Source: a virus
Reading direction: 5' to 3' (one strand)
DNA length: 64,000 nucleotides
Virus record (IMG/VR): IMGVR_UViG_3300009788_000007
Coordinates: 1-64,000 of that record
Positions within the stretch are counted from its first letter, which is position 1. Every line of letters begins with the position of its first letter. The notes beneath the pieces are model-generated. The model saw only the letters and a list, made by a program, of their open reading frames with translations, was not told the origin of the DNA and made no database searches. A program made the translations under genes and the position numbers. Positions 10,789 through 21,214 of this stretch are shown here, piece after piece.

Positions 10789-12251
10789 TAGTTGATACCA
10801 CATACAGGCCCTTAGACAAGTTACAAAGTAATGCAGTAAGATTTGCCCACGATTTTAAATATTTATTTGGTCTTTTTATGGATGCTGGGGCAGGTAAGAC
10901 CCTTACTACAATAAGGCTAATTGCACCAGTACGACGTAAACAATTTTTACCCGCCTTAATATTCTGCAGGCGCGATGATTACCTAACCTGGAAATTAGAA
11001 TTAATGCGTGAAGGGTGGTCTGAAGATGATATGTTTTTTATCCACCATAAAGACAGTAAAAACCAAGAATTTATAGATACCCCCAAAGCCTGGAATTTTG
11101 TCACCTACGATTTAGTAAAAGGTAAGTACCCCAGGCACGAAAGCGGAAAGAAAAAGAAAAGAAGCAGAACAATTAACTTAACTGATGCAGGACAATGGGT
11201 AGAAGAGAACCAGCATGAATTTGAAATAGTAGCAGGCGATGAGCTGCATATGATTAAGTCATGGGATAGCTACCGCACCAAAGTAGTTCACAGCCTTATT
11301 AAACCCATCCCTAGAAGAATAGGTATGACAGCCACCCCCCAAACGAATAAGCTTATGGACCCATTCAGCATAGGCTTGTTCTGTGACCGTGGGAAAACAT
11401 TTGGTACTGACCACTATAAATTCTTAAGGAAATATTTTATTAATGTACCGGGTAGCGGGTGGTTTCCGAAGCGTGAAGCTAAAGAGCAGATAAGAGAAAA
11501 ATTCCAAAGGTTTAGTTACTGCGCAAAAGTAAAAGTAGATGTTATTGAGCGCCCACCCATTATTAAAGGCGTACCCATGATGGGTAAACAACGCAGGCTT
11601 TATGAACAGGTATTAAATGATTGGGAGCTTGAATTAGATAACGGCCAAATACTAGAATACAAATATGTGATGTCTAAAATGCACAAATTAAAACAAATAG
11701 CATCTGGATTTTATTATAAGGAAGATGGTACTGCTGTACGCTTCCCCTGCAAAAAGTTAGACTTAGTAAGAGAACATTTTCTATCGCCCGATTATTTTTT
11801 AAACAGAGATAAAATAGTTTTGTACGGATCATACCGTGAAGAAATAGATATGCTTTACGACCTTATGCAAAAATTAAATATCACTGCAATAAAATATGAT
11901 ATGACTGCACCGAAACAAAAAGAGGAAGCCCGGTTAGCCTTCCAAAACCAAAAAGAAATCAAAACATTTATAATAAACCAAGAAAAAGCTACAGGTATGA
12001 ACGAATTAATGGTTGCTTTTACAGCAGCCTATTTTTCACGCAGTTACAAAGTCACTGCAGAAAAACAATCTAAGGGTAGAATTTTACGCAAGGGGTCAGA
12101 GATACATGAGTTTATTGAGTACTATGATTACATGACAGAAAAAACAGTAGACCCACTTATCAGACAGGCCCTATACAGGAAAGTAGATATCGCACAATAT
12201 GTTATGCAGTTGGCAAATCGTGGGCATTCTGTCAGAAGCATCACATCGTAA
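10785..12251 (+). CDS. SNF2-like superfamily 2 helicase
   Basis: Motif I DAGAGKT, motif II DELH, motif III TATP, motif VI QSKGRILR. Confidence 0.85.
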   Translation: MIVDTTYRPLDKLQSNAVRFAHDFKYLFGLFMDAGAGKTLTTIRLIAPVRRKQFLPALIFCRRDDYLTWKLELMREGWSEDDMFFIHHKDSKNQEFIDTPKAWNFVTYDLVKGKYPRHESGKKKKRSRTINLTDAGQWVEENQHEFEIVAGDELHMIKSWDSYRTKVVHSLIKPIPRRIGMTATPQTNKLMDPFSIGLFCDRGKTFGTDHYKFLRKYFINVPGSGWFPKREAKEQIREKFQRFSYCAKVKVDVIERPPIIKGVPMMGKQRRLYEQVLNDWELELDNGQILEYKYVMSKMHKLKQIASGFYYKEDGTAVRFPCKKLDLVREHFLSPDYFLNRDKIVLYGSYREEIDMLYDLMQKLNITAIKYDMTAPKQKEEARLAFQNQKEIKTFIINQEKATGMNELMVAFTAAYFSRSYKVTAEKQSKGRILRKGSEIHEFIEYYDYMTEKTVDPLIRQALYRKVDIAQYVMQLANRGHSVRSITS

Positions 12252-12344
12252 CTACCGCACAAATGGCTTTAACTTAAATAAATTATACTTTAGTTTAGCT
12301 GAAACTTACTTTAGCTTATTTGAAAAATAACTTTAAAATAGTTA

Positions 12345-12374
12345 TTGACACGCTCCCACCTCCTATCCTATATT
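12345..12374 (+). promoter_or_regulatory. sigma70-like promoter
   Basis: TTGACA-18-TATATT in the intergenic region after an AT-rich tract. Confidence 0.55.
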
Positions 12375-12468
12375 AAGCATCCAACCAAGCAGATAGAGGC
12401 GTGCATAATATGAGAGAGAAGAATTTTTTAACTGTAGTATCGCTACCCCTAATTTTAAGGGTTACAGC

Positions 12469-13449
12469 GTGAGGCCACTTTTAAGAGAGTGTAAATTCGC
12501 AGCCCCCATTATCCCTACCCGCTTTACCTGGACACACAGCTCTGTTAGTTTATTTCGCAGTTGTAAAAGAAAATTCTTTTGGAATTACTTAATGCTGATA
12601 CGGCCAAATTACCAAAATTATAATTTACTTATAGGCAGCGCTTTCCATAAAGCATTAGAAATTTGGTACAAGTTCCCACACAGACCCATGCATAGAATAG
12701 CCAGAAAGATATTTGAGCAGTTAAAAAAAGATATTATGGCCACTCAGAATTTTTATGATAGCTCAGACTGGGACAAGGCATCACAATTACTGCATGTGTT
12801 TACAGGAATGTGTCTAGGTTATGCAGCCCACTACAAAAATGAGCGTAAGAAATTCAGAAAAATTGAAGTGGAGAAAAATTTTAGAATTGAGTTTGAAAAC
12901 TTTGACTATGAAGGTCAGGTAGATATGCTCTATTCAACAAAGTACAAACGCTTTTTAGAAACAAAAACGGCATCCTTTGTAACTAATGTTTACATAAAAC
13001 GTTTAGAAATGGATAACCAGATACGGGGTTATTGGCTAGGCTTAAAAGAGGGACACGATTACACGCCTAAGTCATGCACTTACAATGTCATACGTAAGGC
13101 CCAACTGAGAAGAAAAAGCGGGGAAACACCAGATGAATTTAATGAGCGCATTGAGCTTGATTATCTTGAAAGGCCCGACCATTATTTTCATAGAGAAAAA
13201 ATAGTTATCCGCAAAGACGACTTAGAACGCTTTGTGGATAACTTACACATTGCAGATGCAGAATACCAGTACATTTTAAATAACTACGACCCTACAATAC
13301 CTGAAGCCTGGGGCACTAATGACAAACACTGCGATGCATACTTTAAACTATGTGAGTACTTTGAGCTTTGTACAGGTGGTTTAGACTACACCACAGAGGG
13401 CATGTTTGATCAACGCACAACAGCCCATAGTGAATTAGAGGATGCGTAG
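12469..13449 (+). CDS. PD-(D/E)XK exonuclease (Cas4/RecB-like)
   Basis: SC.RK.F, GSAFHKALE, EVEK, GQVD, ETKT, QIRGY and a C-terminal Cys cluster. Confidence 0.85.
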   Translation: MRPLLRECKFAAPIIPTRFTWTHSSVSLFRSCKRKFFWNYLMLIRPNYQNYNLLIGSAFHKALEIWYKFPHRPMHRIARKIFEQLKKDIMATQNFYDSSDWDKASQLLHVFTGMCLGYAAHYKNERKKFRKIEVEKNFRIEFENFDYEGQVDMLYSTKYKRFLETKTASFVTNVYIKRLEMDNQIRGYWLGLKEGHDYTPKSCTYNVIRKAQLRRKSGETPDEFNERIELDYLERPDHYFHREKIVIRKDDLERFVDNLHIADAEYQYILNNYDPTIPEAWGTNDKHCDAYFKLCEYFELCTGGLDYTTEGMFDQRTTAHSELEDA

Positions 13450-13743
13450 GTGGTAGATTTTAAAAAACTTTTAAAACCTAGGGTTATAAATAAACTCAAC
13501 AACACTACTGGTAGTTACGTATACATTGGCAGAGGTAGCCTTTGGGGTAATCCTTTTGTTGTAGGTAAAGATGGCTCTAGGGATGAAGTAATATTTAAAT
13601 TTATAAATTTCTATAAAAAGTCCCGCACCATAAGAGCCAAAAACATGCGGAAAAATATCAAGGATTTAAAAGGTAAAAACCTGGGGTGTTTTTGTGCCCC
13701 TGCAAAATGCCACGGTGATTTTTTATTAAAGAAGGCTAACTGA
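13450..13743 (+). CDS. DUF4326-like protein
   Basis: YVYIGRGSLWGNPF...LKGKNLGCFCAP.KCHGD signature. Confidence 0.85.
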   Translation: MVDFKKLLKPRVINKLNNTTGSYVYIGRGSLWGNPFVVGKDGSRDEVIFKFINFYKKSRTIRAKNMRKNIKDLKGKNLGCFCAPAKCHGDFLLKKAN

Positions 13744-13744
13744 A

Positions 13745-14149
13745 ATGCAACATTACAAAACAATAGTTTTTTCTGAAATAACCTGCTATAAATGCCACAT
13801 TGTTTTTTGTGTTACAAATGACCATAAAGAAAGACTAATAAATACAGGTGATGAATTTTGTTGTCCTAGTGGCCATAACCAAAGCTACTCAGAAGACAAA
13901 GATAAAAAAAGAATTAAAAAATTAGAAAAAGAACTAAGTGACACCCACACTAGAAAAAACTTCTGGATGGACCAAGCCAACGCATCAGAGCGCTCTAAAT
14001 CTGCAATGAGAGGGCACTTAACTAGAAAGAAAAATCAATTAGAAAAAGTTAAAAAAGGCGTCTGCCCTTGCTGCGATAGATTTTTTGAAAACTTACATAG
14101 GCATATAAAAAACCAACACCCAGAATTTATACCTTTAGAGGATAACTAA
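13745..14149 (+). CDS. zinc-finger / coiled-coil phage protein
   Basis: CxxC...CPSGH, coiled coil, then CPCC.R.F.NL.RH...H. Confidence 0.7.
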   Translation: MQHYKTIVFSEITCYKCHIVFCVTNDHKERLINTGDEFCCPSGHNQSYSEDKDKKRIKKLEKELSDTHTRKNFWMDQANASERSKSAMRGHLTRKKNQLEKVKKGVCPCCDRFFENLHRHIKNQHPEFIPLEDN

Positions 14150-14767
14150 ATGATAAAGAAAAAAGATTTGTTAGACCTTATTAAATGGGTTAATGATCAC
14201 CATCTTTTAAAACTAGAAGATGTCTTAATAAGTTGTCCAAAATGTGATAAATTGCATAATATAATTGATTTAAAAAGAGTTAAGCCAGCACCGCATTGTT
14301 TTGATTGTTTTATCAAAGAATTAAACAAAAATGAGTAATAAAGACAGAGCATATAGAAAATATTTAAGGATTGAGAAAATAAACGGCATGGCCAGTATCT
14401 CTGCAGCTGCATTAATAAAATATGTTAATGAAGATGATGATTTTAATATAGAAGATGCACATGAAATAGTTAAAGCTATGACTGATAGAATAGTATCTAT
14501 AATTGCAGAAAGAGAAAAAAACTAATGAAAGTATTTTTTAAAGTAACTGAAACAGATAAGCAGATAGCATTAATTAATATTGATGATGTTGTGGCCATAG
14601 GCTCGATGACACGAAATCAGGCCCTAGAAACAATGAGTAACCCGCCTGAAAATTTCCCTGATAGAGTTTCTATAATGAGCATAAGGAACTCTACGGGAGC
14701 GAACGGCAAAATTGCTGTGCTTGAAAGTGTTTTAGAAATTTGGGATAACAAATTGGTAATTAAGTAA
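14150..14767 (+). CDS. three small hypothetical proteins (14150-14338, 14331-14525, 14525-14767)
   Basis: Coupled or overlapping ORFs inside the replication operon. Confidence 0.6.
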
Positions 14768-14775
14768 GGGAAACA

Positions 14776-15669
14776 ATGATTAAAAAGAAAAAACGTAAAG
14801 CAACTGAAGACAACGATTTACCAACAGCACCAAGTATGCCAGAACAAAGTATGGAGAGTGCAATATTTTGCTTCTTTGGTGTCCCCGGTATTGGTAAAAC
14901 ATTTTTAGTTAATGCTATGGCCCCAGGGAAAACTTACTTTTTATCTTTCGATAAGGGTACACGTTATCTTAACACTATGCGTAAAGAGATTGTTGATTAT
15001 GCAGGTATAGATGATATACTAACTAAGCTTGAAAAAAAACAAAGGAAAACAGGAAGCTTACCCTATGAAATTGTTTGTATTGACCATATAGACGCATTTG
15101 CATTGTGCTGCGAAACAAAAACAATTGAAGACTACAACGATAACAAAAAAGATAACCAACCTATTGCGACAAGACTAAATGAAGTCCATGGAGGCTGGGG
15201 AGCTGGTCAAGACATTTATGAAAAGCTAATGAGAAGATTACAAGCAAGGCTTTCACAGCTTGACGCTTTAATTGTTTTCATTGCCCATGAAGATGACAAG
15301 CCTGTAAAGATTGACGGTAAGGAATTTGAGCGTACCCAGCCCCGCATGGATAAAAGAACCTGGAAAGTTTTTACACCGTTAATGCATATCATAGGTAGGA
15401 TGTCATGGAAACGTGTTAAGGTAAAGGGTCGTGCTGTTAAAGTTCGCATACTGCAAACAATACAAACAACTGATGACCTCGTTACTAAAGACCAAACAAA
15501 TAGAATAAAACCAGATATTGATGAACCGCATGAGTTAATTGATACTACTAAACATGTAGAAAAATTTTTAAAGTCATTTCGAGAAAGGGAAAGCAATGGC
15601 GACAAAGACAACAAAGAAGAAGAAAAAATCAACAAAAAAAGGCGTAAAAAAGGGCGCAAAAAAAGATAA
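14776..15669 (+). CDS. AAA_24 / Sak4-like ATPase (single-strand annealing recombinase)
   Basis: Walker A GVPGIGKT, VCIDHID, GWG, FIAHE; sits between exonuclease and SSB-like genes. Confidence 0.8.
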   Translation: MIKKKKRKATEDNDLPTAPSMPEQSMESAIFCFFGVPGIGKTFLVNAMAPGKTYFLSFDKGTRYLNTMRKEIVDYAGIDDILTKLEKKQRKTGSLPYEIVCIDHIDAFALCCETKTIEDYNDNKKDNQPIATRLNEVHGGWGAGQDIYEKLMRRLQARLSQLDALIVFIAHEDDKPVKIDGKEFERTQPRMDKRTWKVFTPLMHIIGRMSWKRVKVKGRAVKVRILQTIQTTDDLVTKDQTNRIKPDIDEPHELIDTTKHVEKFLKSFRERESNGDKDNKEEEKINKKRRKKGRKKR

Positions 15670-16648
15670 TAAAAAAGACGAACACGGCAAATCATCAAGC
15701 CTGAAGAAAAAACTACGGGCTATGAAAAAAGAATGGAAAGATGCACCAGAGATAGATGATTTTGAGGATCTACCAGACGGTAAGTACCAAGTGCGCATCG
15801 ATGAAGCAGTGATGACTGAGACAAAAGAAACCGAACTGCCTATGGCTAAATTTGCAATGACCGTTGCAGGCGGTGAACAAGTGAACCGTAAGTGCTGGAA
15901 ATATGCAGTACTTGACTTAGAAAAAATGCCAAGGTGCCTTAGCTTCTTGAAAAAAGATTTGAATAAATTGGGTGTTGAAATGCCTGATGACCCTGCAGAA
16001 CTTGAAGATACTTTACCAGAACTTGATGGTTCATATGCAGAAATTCAAATAAAAACCTCTTCTAAAGGTGATACCGAATATAAAAATACTTATTTCCAAA
16101 TCGCCCTGGATGAAGATGAAGTTGATACTGATGACCTAGAAGAGTTGTCTGAAGAAGAAGATGAAGACGACCCAGAAGAAGTAGTAGAAGTAGAAGATCC
16201 CGAAGAGGATGATCCTGAAGAAGATGAGATCGAATGGGAAAAAGGTATGGAGTGTGTTGTTGATTTTGAAGGTGAAGATTTCACTGGAGAGATTAAAAGC
16301 ATTAAAGGTGATGTAGCTAACGTTAAGTTTGAAGACGGCACTACAGAGAAAGTAGACCTTGATGAACTCAAGCCCGTTGAATCTGATGAAGTAGAAGAGG
16401 ATGATCCCGAAGAGGATGATCCTGAAGAAGATGGCGATAGTGAAATTGAAATAACTTTTAATGATAAAAAATTAAAAGCAGAAGACAAAAAAGCTATTAA
16501 AAAGTTAGCCAAAAAGTTAGAATTTGACAAAGAAGACTATGATACTTCTTCTGAAATGCTGGCGGATATGGCTGTGTACCTCAAAGTAGAATCAGGTAAG
16601 TACAGCTCACCTAAGAAACTACTTAAGGCTATTGCGGAAACAGAGTAA
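15596..16648 (+). CDS. DUF669-like ssDNA-binding protein with acidic repeats and a Tudor/SH3-like domain
   Basis: FEDLPDGKYQVRI OB-fold core; EEDDPEED repeats; WEKGMECVV...VKFEDGTTEKVDLDEL barrel. Confidence 0.7.
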   Translation: MATKTTKKKKKSTKKGVKKGAKKDNKKDEHGKSSSLKKKLRAMKKEWKDAPEIDDFEDLPDGKYQVRIDEAVMTETKETELPMAKFAMTVAGGEQVNRKCWKYAVLDLEKMPRCLSFLKKDLNKLGVEMPDDPAELEDTLPELDGSYAEIQIKTSSKGDTEYKNTYFQIALDEDEVDTDDLEELSEEEDEDDPEEVVEVEDPEEDDPEEDEIEWEKGMECVVDFEGEDFTGEIKSIKGDVANVKFEDGTTEKVDLDELKPVESDEVEEDDPEEDDPEEDGDSEIEITFNDKKLKAEDKKAIKKLAKKLEFDKEDYDTSSEMLADMAVYLKVESGKYSSPKKLLKAIAETE

Positions 16649-16691
16649 CTTATTTATTAAGTTAAATATTACAAGCACAGCAGGTACTTAG

Positions 16692-16724
16692 GGGGCCAAC
16701 TTAGTAGGCTTGGCCCCCTTTTTT
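16692..16724 (+). terminator. rho-independent terminator
   Basis: GGGGGCCAA...TTGGCCCCC followed by TTTTTT. Confidence 0.75.
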
Positions 16725-16737
16725 GAGAGATGGGGAA

Positions 16738-19641
16738 ATGGGCACATCATTAACAAAATTTGTACAAGATAATGTAAACCCTGCAGATTACTACCAGTGG
16801 GTGTTTTCCAACACTTCAATAACATCCGGTGAGAATCGGGTGCTATCTCCTTTCTCAAATGAAAAAACACCGTCCTTAATGATTAATGGGTCCAGTGGCA
16901 AATGGAATGATTTATCTGGTGGCGGTAAGGGCGAAAAATCAGGTGGGCCTTCTATCATATCATTTCATGCAGCCCTGGAAGACGAAAAACAAATCATTGC
17001 GGCACGACAACTATTCAGTAAGTTTATACATCCTACTATTAAAAGATCAGTTGTAAAACACTGGGCACGTGTTCTTAGAAAAACACCTATTGCTAAAAAA
17101 TATATCGTTATCAAAAGATTATTATCTCCTGAATTTATTAAAGAAATGAATATAGGGTGGGATGGGGACCGCATAACAATACCCGTAGAGAACGAATTTG
17201 GTTTATTTGTAAATGCAAAGCTTTATGATTTTGCTGCTAAAGCAAAGTCAACTAAAAAATTCACAGTAGCTAAGATGTTAAATTATTCTGATAAGAAAGA
17301 TCATAAAAAACCTAACGGCGAAAAAATGAAATTTGGCTCACCCGTTATGATTTACCCTTTCTCAGCTTTTAAGTTAGCCGAAAAAGAAGGTTACATTGTT
17401 GTCACTGAAGGTGAATGGGATGCTTTGTTTTTATTGTCCATTGGTATTCCTGCAGTAACAAGTACAGGTGGCAGCGAATCGTGGCCGGTACAGTACAACC
17501 ACATGTTTAGAAGTCTAGATGTTATTATAGCTTATGATAATGATTCTGCAGGATTTATTGGCCGTAAAAAATGGGTGATACCTAACCTTTCAAAATATGC
17601 GAAATCAATTAAAGTTTTAAAAATTCCTAAACTGGCCATAGGGGAAGGTAAAAAAACAAAAGATGTTTTAGACTGGGCATTAACTAAAAAATCAATGCGT
17701 AAAAAATCAGGGTGGTTAGAGAAGTTTGAAAAACGCGCAACTTTAGTTTTAAAAAATGATGAAAAAGATATAATACATGAAGAAATTTTACATGTACCTC
17801 TAGATAAAGCCAGCCTGGGGAAGTACTACCATAAACAAATAAAAGTAAAAGCACTTGTTAGCGGTAAGATAAATTCACCATATGTGATACCTAGAAAATA
17901 CCGTGTGTCATGTGCACAGCTTGACAGTTGTGACGCCTGCCCACTGCGAGAATACAACAAAGAATTCCAAGAAAATTCAGTGCAGGAAAACGACCCGGAA
18001 CTTTTAAAATTGTTAGATGTTTCTGATAAAGCCCAGCGGGAAATGCTGCAAAGGAAAGCAGGTTTTATTAAAACTACAGATGCTTGTAAGTGCAAAGTTG
18101 ACACTATCTCTAGCATGAACGTCGAGCAGCTTTTACTGATACCCACTCTTGATTCTGACAGTGTGTACACGAATCGAATGGCCTATTACGTGGGCCATGG
18201 TTTGGCGGCCAATAAAGCCTATGAATTTAAAGGCACTACCACATCATCCCCCAGGACCCAGCACGCCATACACCTGTTTGACAAAGCTTCGCCTATAGAG
18301 GGCGAAATTGACACGTTTTCAATGACTGATGATATCTATGCCCAGTTAAAAGTTTTCCAGCCTAAAGGCAAGGAGACCCCTCTGGGCAAGCTTATGAAGA
18401 TAGCAGACTGGCAAGCCCGTAATGTCACCGAGATCATAGAACGTCCTGACTTACATATGGCAGTTGACATGTCATTCCACAGCGTAAAAGAATTTAGGTT
18501 TAATGGCTCCCTTATGAAAAAAGGCATGATGGACGTGCTTATATTTGGTGATGGGGCTTGCGGTAAGGGCTGGGTTAGTGAGCGTTTAGGGGGGTACTAC
18601 GGGGTAGGCTCTGTGGTGTCTGGAGAGAATTGTACTTTTGCAGGTCTAGTAGGCGGGGTACAGTCCACAGGTAAGCAGTTTTTAGTCACCTGGGGGGCTA
18701 TCCCACTTAATAACGGGGGGCATGTGATCATTGATGAGGCTGGAGCGCTGGGGCATGAGGAATGGTCTAGGATGTCCAGGGTACGCTCTGAAGGTGTGGC
18801 TGAAATTAATAAAATTGTTTCAGAAAAAACTCAGGCATACACACGCCTATTATGGTTAGCTAATGAAAAAAACGGTAAACCCATAATGAGTTTAAATACA
18901 GGTGTTGAAGGTATCAAACAATTGATAGGTGCTAACGAGGATATCCGAAGATTTGATGTAGCCCTTACTGTAGCCATTGATGAAGTACCAAGCGAACTTA
19001 TCAATACACTTAATCCAGTCGATTATTCTGATTCTGGAAAGTACCCTGCAGAACTTTGTAAGCAGCTTTTAATGTGGTTGTGGTCTCGCACTGTAGACCA
19101 AATTGAATTTAGTGAAGCTGCAGAAAAAGAAATAATAAAACAATCGATAAAATTTGGTAGAATGTACTCTGCAGAAATACCACTAATACAAACTGAGAAT
19201 GTACGCTACAAGATTTGTAAATGGGCCATTTGGGCTGCAGGTAGACTGTTCAGTACTGACCCCACTGGAGAAAAATTAATTATACAGTCTAAACATGTGC
19301 GCACAGCCTGCCAAGTGGTAGACGGCTTTTATGAAAAAGAAAGCATGAATTATAAAATGTTCAGTGAACAGAAACATTCAACAGGTGGCAACCTGCATGA
19401 TAAAAAAGTTATTAAAATATTCAGCAGTAATGATGCTAACCGTGCAGTAGTTATTGAAGGGCTACTAAGACTGCATATAATAACAACAGATAACCTAGCA
19501 GACTATTGTGACGGTGACTTAGCAGAGGCCAAAATATTAATAGGTACATTGGTGCAGGCTAAATGTTTAAGCCGTGTTAAAAACGGTTACTTAAAAAACC
19601 AAGCTTTTTCTATGTGGCTCAGAGGCCAAGGGGGTATGTGA
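16738..19641 (+). CDS. TOPRIM primase fused to MCM-like AAA+ helicase
   Basis: VTEGEWD and AYDND TOPRIM motifs; Cys cluster; GDGACGKG Walker A, IIDEAG Walker B, RRFD Arg finger; ATG 16738 preferred over TTG 16723. Confidence 0.85.
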   Translation: MGTSLTKFVQDNVNPADYYQWVFSNTSITSGENRVLSPFSNEKTPSLMINGSSGKWNDLSGGGKGEKSGGPSIISFHAALEDEKQIIAARQLFSKFIHPTIKRSVVKHWARVLRKTPIAKKYIVIKRLLSPEFIKEMNIGWDGDRITIPVENEFGLFVNAKLYDFAAKAKSTKKFTVAKMLNYSDKKDHKKPNGEKMKFGSPVMIYPFSAFKLAEKEGYIVVTEGEWDALFLLSIGIPAVTSTGGSESWPVQYNHMFRSLDVIIAYDNDSAGFIGRKKWVIPNLSKYAKSIKVLKIPKLAIGEGKKTKDVLDWALTKKSMRKKSGWLEKFEKRATLVLKNDEKDIIHEEILHVPLDKASLGKYYHKQIKVKALVSGKINSPYVIPRKYRVSCAQLDSCDACPLREYNKEFQENSVQENDPELLKLLDVSDKAQREMLQRKAGFIKTTDACKCKVDTISSMNVEQLLLIPTLDSDSVYTNRMAYYVGHGLAANKAYEFKGTTTSSPRTQHAIHLFDKASPIEGEIDTFSMTDDIYAQLKVFQPKGKETPLGKLMKIADWQARNVTEIIERPDLHMAVDMSFHSVKEFRFNGSLMKKGMMDVLIFGDGACGKGWVSERLGGYYGVGSVVSGENCTFAGLVGGVQSTGKQFLVTWGAIPLNNGGHVIIDEAGALGHEEWSRMSRVRSEGVAEINKIVSEKTQAYTRLLWLANEKNGKPIMSLNTGVEGIKQLIGANEDIRRFDVALTVAIDEVPSELINTLNPVDYSDSGKYPAELCKQLLMWLWSRTVDQIEFSEAAEKEIIKQSIKFGRMYSAEIPLIQTENVRYKICKWAIWAAGRLFSTDPTGEKLIIQSKHVRTACQVVDGFYEKESMNYKMFSEQKHSTGGNLHDKKVIKIFSSNDANRAVVIEGLLRLHIITTDNLADYCDGDLAEAKILIGTLVQAKCLSRVKNGYLKNQAFSMWLRGQGGM

Positions 19642-19783
19642 TGGGAAAATCTAAAGGTAAGCATATTAAATGTATGACATGTTTTGTTAAAAAGACTGAG
19701 CATAAATTTGATAGTAATGATGTATGGGACATGCACACAAACGGTGTGCGTATTACCTGCAAGAAATGTAAAGGTAAAAAATA

Positions 19784-20053
19784 ATGGCTGTATACGTTGA
19801 CCCCATACAAAATTGCCCCACAAATAAAAACTGGCCGTACACCCAGTTCTGCCACATGATTGCAGACACACCAAAAGAATTAAAAGCCTTTGCTTTAATA
19901 ATAGACTTGAAACTAAGTTGGTACCAAGAAAAATCATTTCCACATTTTGATTTAACAAAATCACGCAGGGTAGAGGCTATAAAAATGGGGGCTATAGATT
20001 TAAACTTAAGACAATTTGTAAAAAAGATGCAGGAGATTAGAGGAAATGGGTAG
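19784..20053 (+). CDS. DUF4031-like protein
   Basis: MAVYVD...CHMIADT..EL..FA..I.L...W.Q....PHFDL...RR..AI..GA signature. Confidence 0.8.
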   Translation: MAVYVDPIQNCPTNKNWPYTQFCHMIADTPKELKAFALIIDLKLSWYQEKSFPHFDLTKSRRVEAIKMGAIDLNLRQFVKKMQEIRGNG

Positions 20054-20194
20054 AGTACCAGACCAAGTGTTTACAATTGAAGGTGTAGTAAGGCATTTCG
20101 AATGTAAGATAACAAACCACCAAGCACGCTACTATAGAGAAACTACAGCTTTTTGGTTGTACGTATATGAAAACTTTATTGTGGGTAAAAAATA

Positions 20195-20884
20195 GTGCTC
20201 TGCAAGATTGACACCTGCACTCAACCCCAACTAGAGGGTAGACCTTTCTGCTGTAAAAAACATTGGAATAAACTACCACGCAAAATAAAAACCGAACTAA
20301 ATAAATTGTATGACGATGGTAAAGGATCTATTACAGTTATCGCTCTTGAACGTTTAACTATAAAAGCAAACTTTGCAATTAAGCTACCCAGTACCTGGGA
20401 AAAACGCGCTGCATTTTACTTAAAGAAACTTAAAAAACAGGTTAAGAAAGAGCGCATATTAATTGTCACTGGGGATGTTACAAGAACTAATAAAAATAGG
20501 GGCTTATGGAAGATCTTAAATAAATTAATTGTTAGGGCTGGTATTGAAAATGAATCTGCAGTAAGAACAAATTTTAATAGTGAGCCCCACAGCATCGCAG
20601 TAGTCTTAGGTGTAGAAGGCTTTAAACAAACCCTACCACCCTATAAAGTAAAAAATGGTATAGTGCATATGCAAAACCAGATAGTAACACCTGAAGATTA
20701 TATAAACGCAGCTTGGGCCACACGCCCTAATAAAGGCACACGCTTGGGTAACACATATATGATATCTTGTGAGCCCCACCCAGAAGAGTATGACGAATTT
20801 GGTGAAGATGAAATAACTGAAATAAAATTTTGTTTAGCGTGGGCCGCAAAACTATATAAATCAAAAATGAAAGTTGGTATTTAA
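20195..20884 (+). CDS. hypothetical protein (N-terminal Cys/His finger; possibly degenerate UDG-like fold)
   Basis: C..C...CC..HW N-terminus; the rest is an alpha/beta pattern without clear catalytic motifs. Confidence 0.55.
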   Translation: MLCKIDTCTQPQLEGRPFCCKKHWNKLPRKIKTELNKLYDDGKGSITVIALERLTIKANFAIKLPSTWEKRAAFYLKKLKKQVKKERILIVTGDVTRTNKNRGLWKILNKLIVRAGIENESAVRTNFNSEPHSIAVVLGVEGFKQTLPPYKVKNGIVHMQNQIVTPEDYINAAWATRPNKGTRLGNTYMISCEPHPEEYDEFGEDEITEIKFCLAWAAKLYKSKMKVGI

Positions 20885-21214
20885 ATGAAAGATAGTGTAT
20901 ACCCTATATGTTGCTGTGGTAAAGCAATGATAAGTACTATGGCGTTCCATGGTAAAGAATATTGGTGTTGGAATTGTGGAGAAACCGATAGCTTTTTTGT
21001 TTCTGGTGATCGTCGTGAAATAACAGAGGAAGAAGAAAAAGAACTACAGCAAAAACAAAAAGAAGCTATTGAATTTTTAGATGCTAGAGGCTGTAAATAT
21101 GGCGGCGGTATGCGAAAAGTAAATGATGGGTACACCCCGTTTGATTGCCTACCCGAAGAACTTAAAGAAGAGATTTCTAAACTAGCTGATTCCTGGGTAT
21201 ACCTAAATGAATAA
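20885..21214 (+). CDS. hypothetical Zn-ribbon protein
   Basis: CCCG...WCWNCG. Confidence 0.6.
   Translation: MKDSVYPICCCGKAMISTMAFHGKEYWCWNCGETDSFFVSGDRREITEEEEKELQQKQKEAIEFLDARGCKYGGGMRKVNDGYTPFDCLPEELKEEISKLADSWVYLNE

Noticed and set aside
12469-13449. CRISPR-Cas system suggested by the Cas4-like nuclease
   Set aside because: No repeat-spacer array or other cas genes; the context is the usual exonuclease-Sak4-SSB recombination module.
18120-18790. Locally higher-GC stretches (also about 23.0-23.5, 39.6-39.9 and 60.1-60.9 kb) as foreign insertions
   Set aside because: They lie inside continuous conserved ORFs without boundaries or repeats, and the shift could not be quantified by eye.
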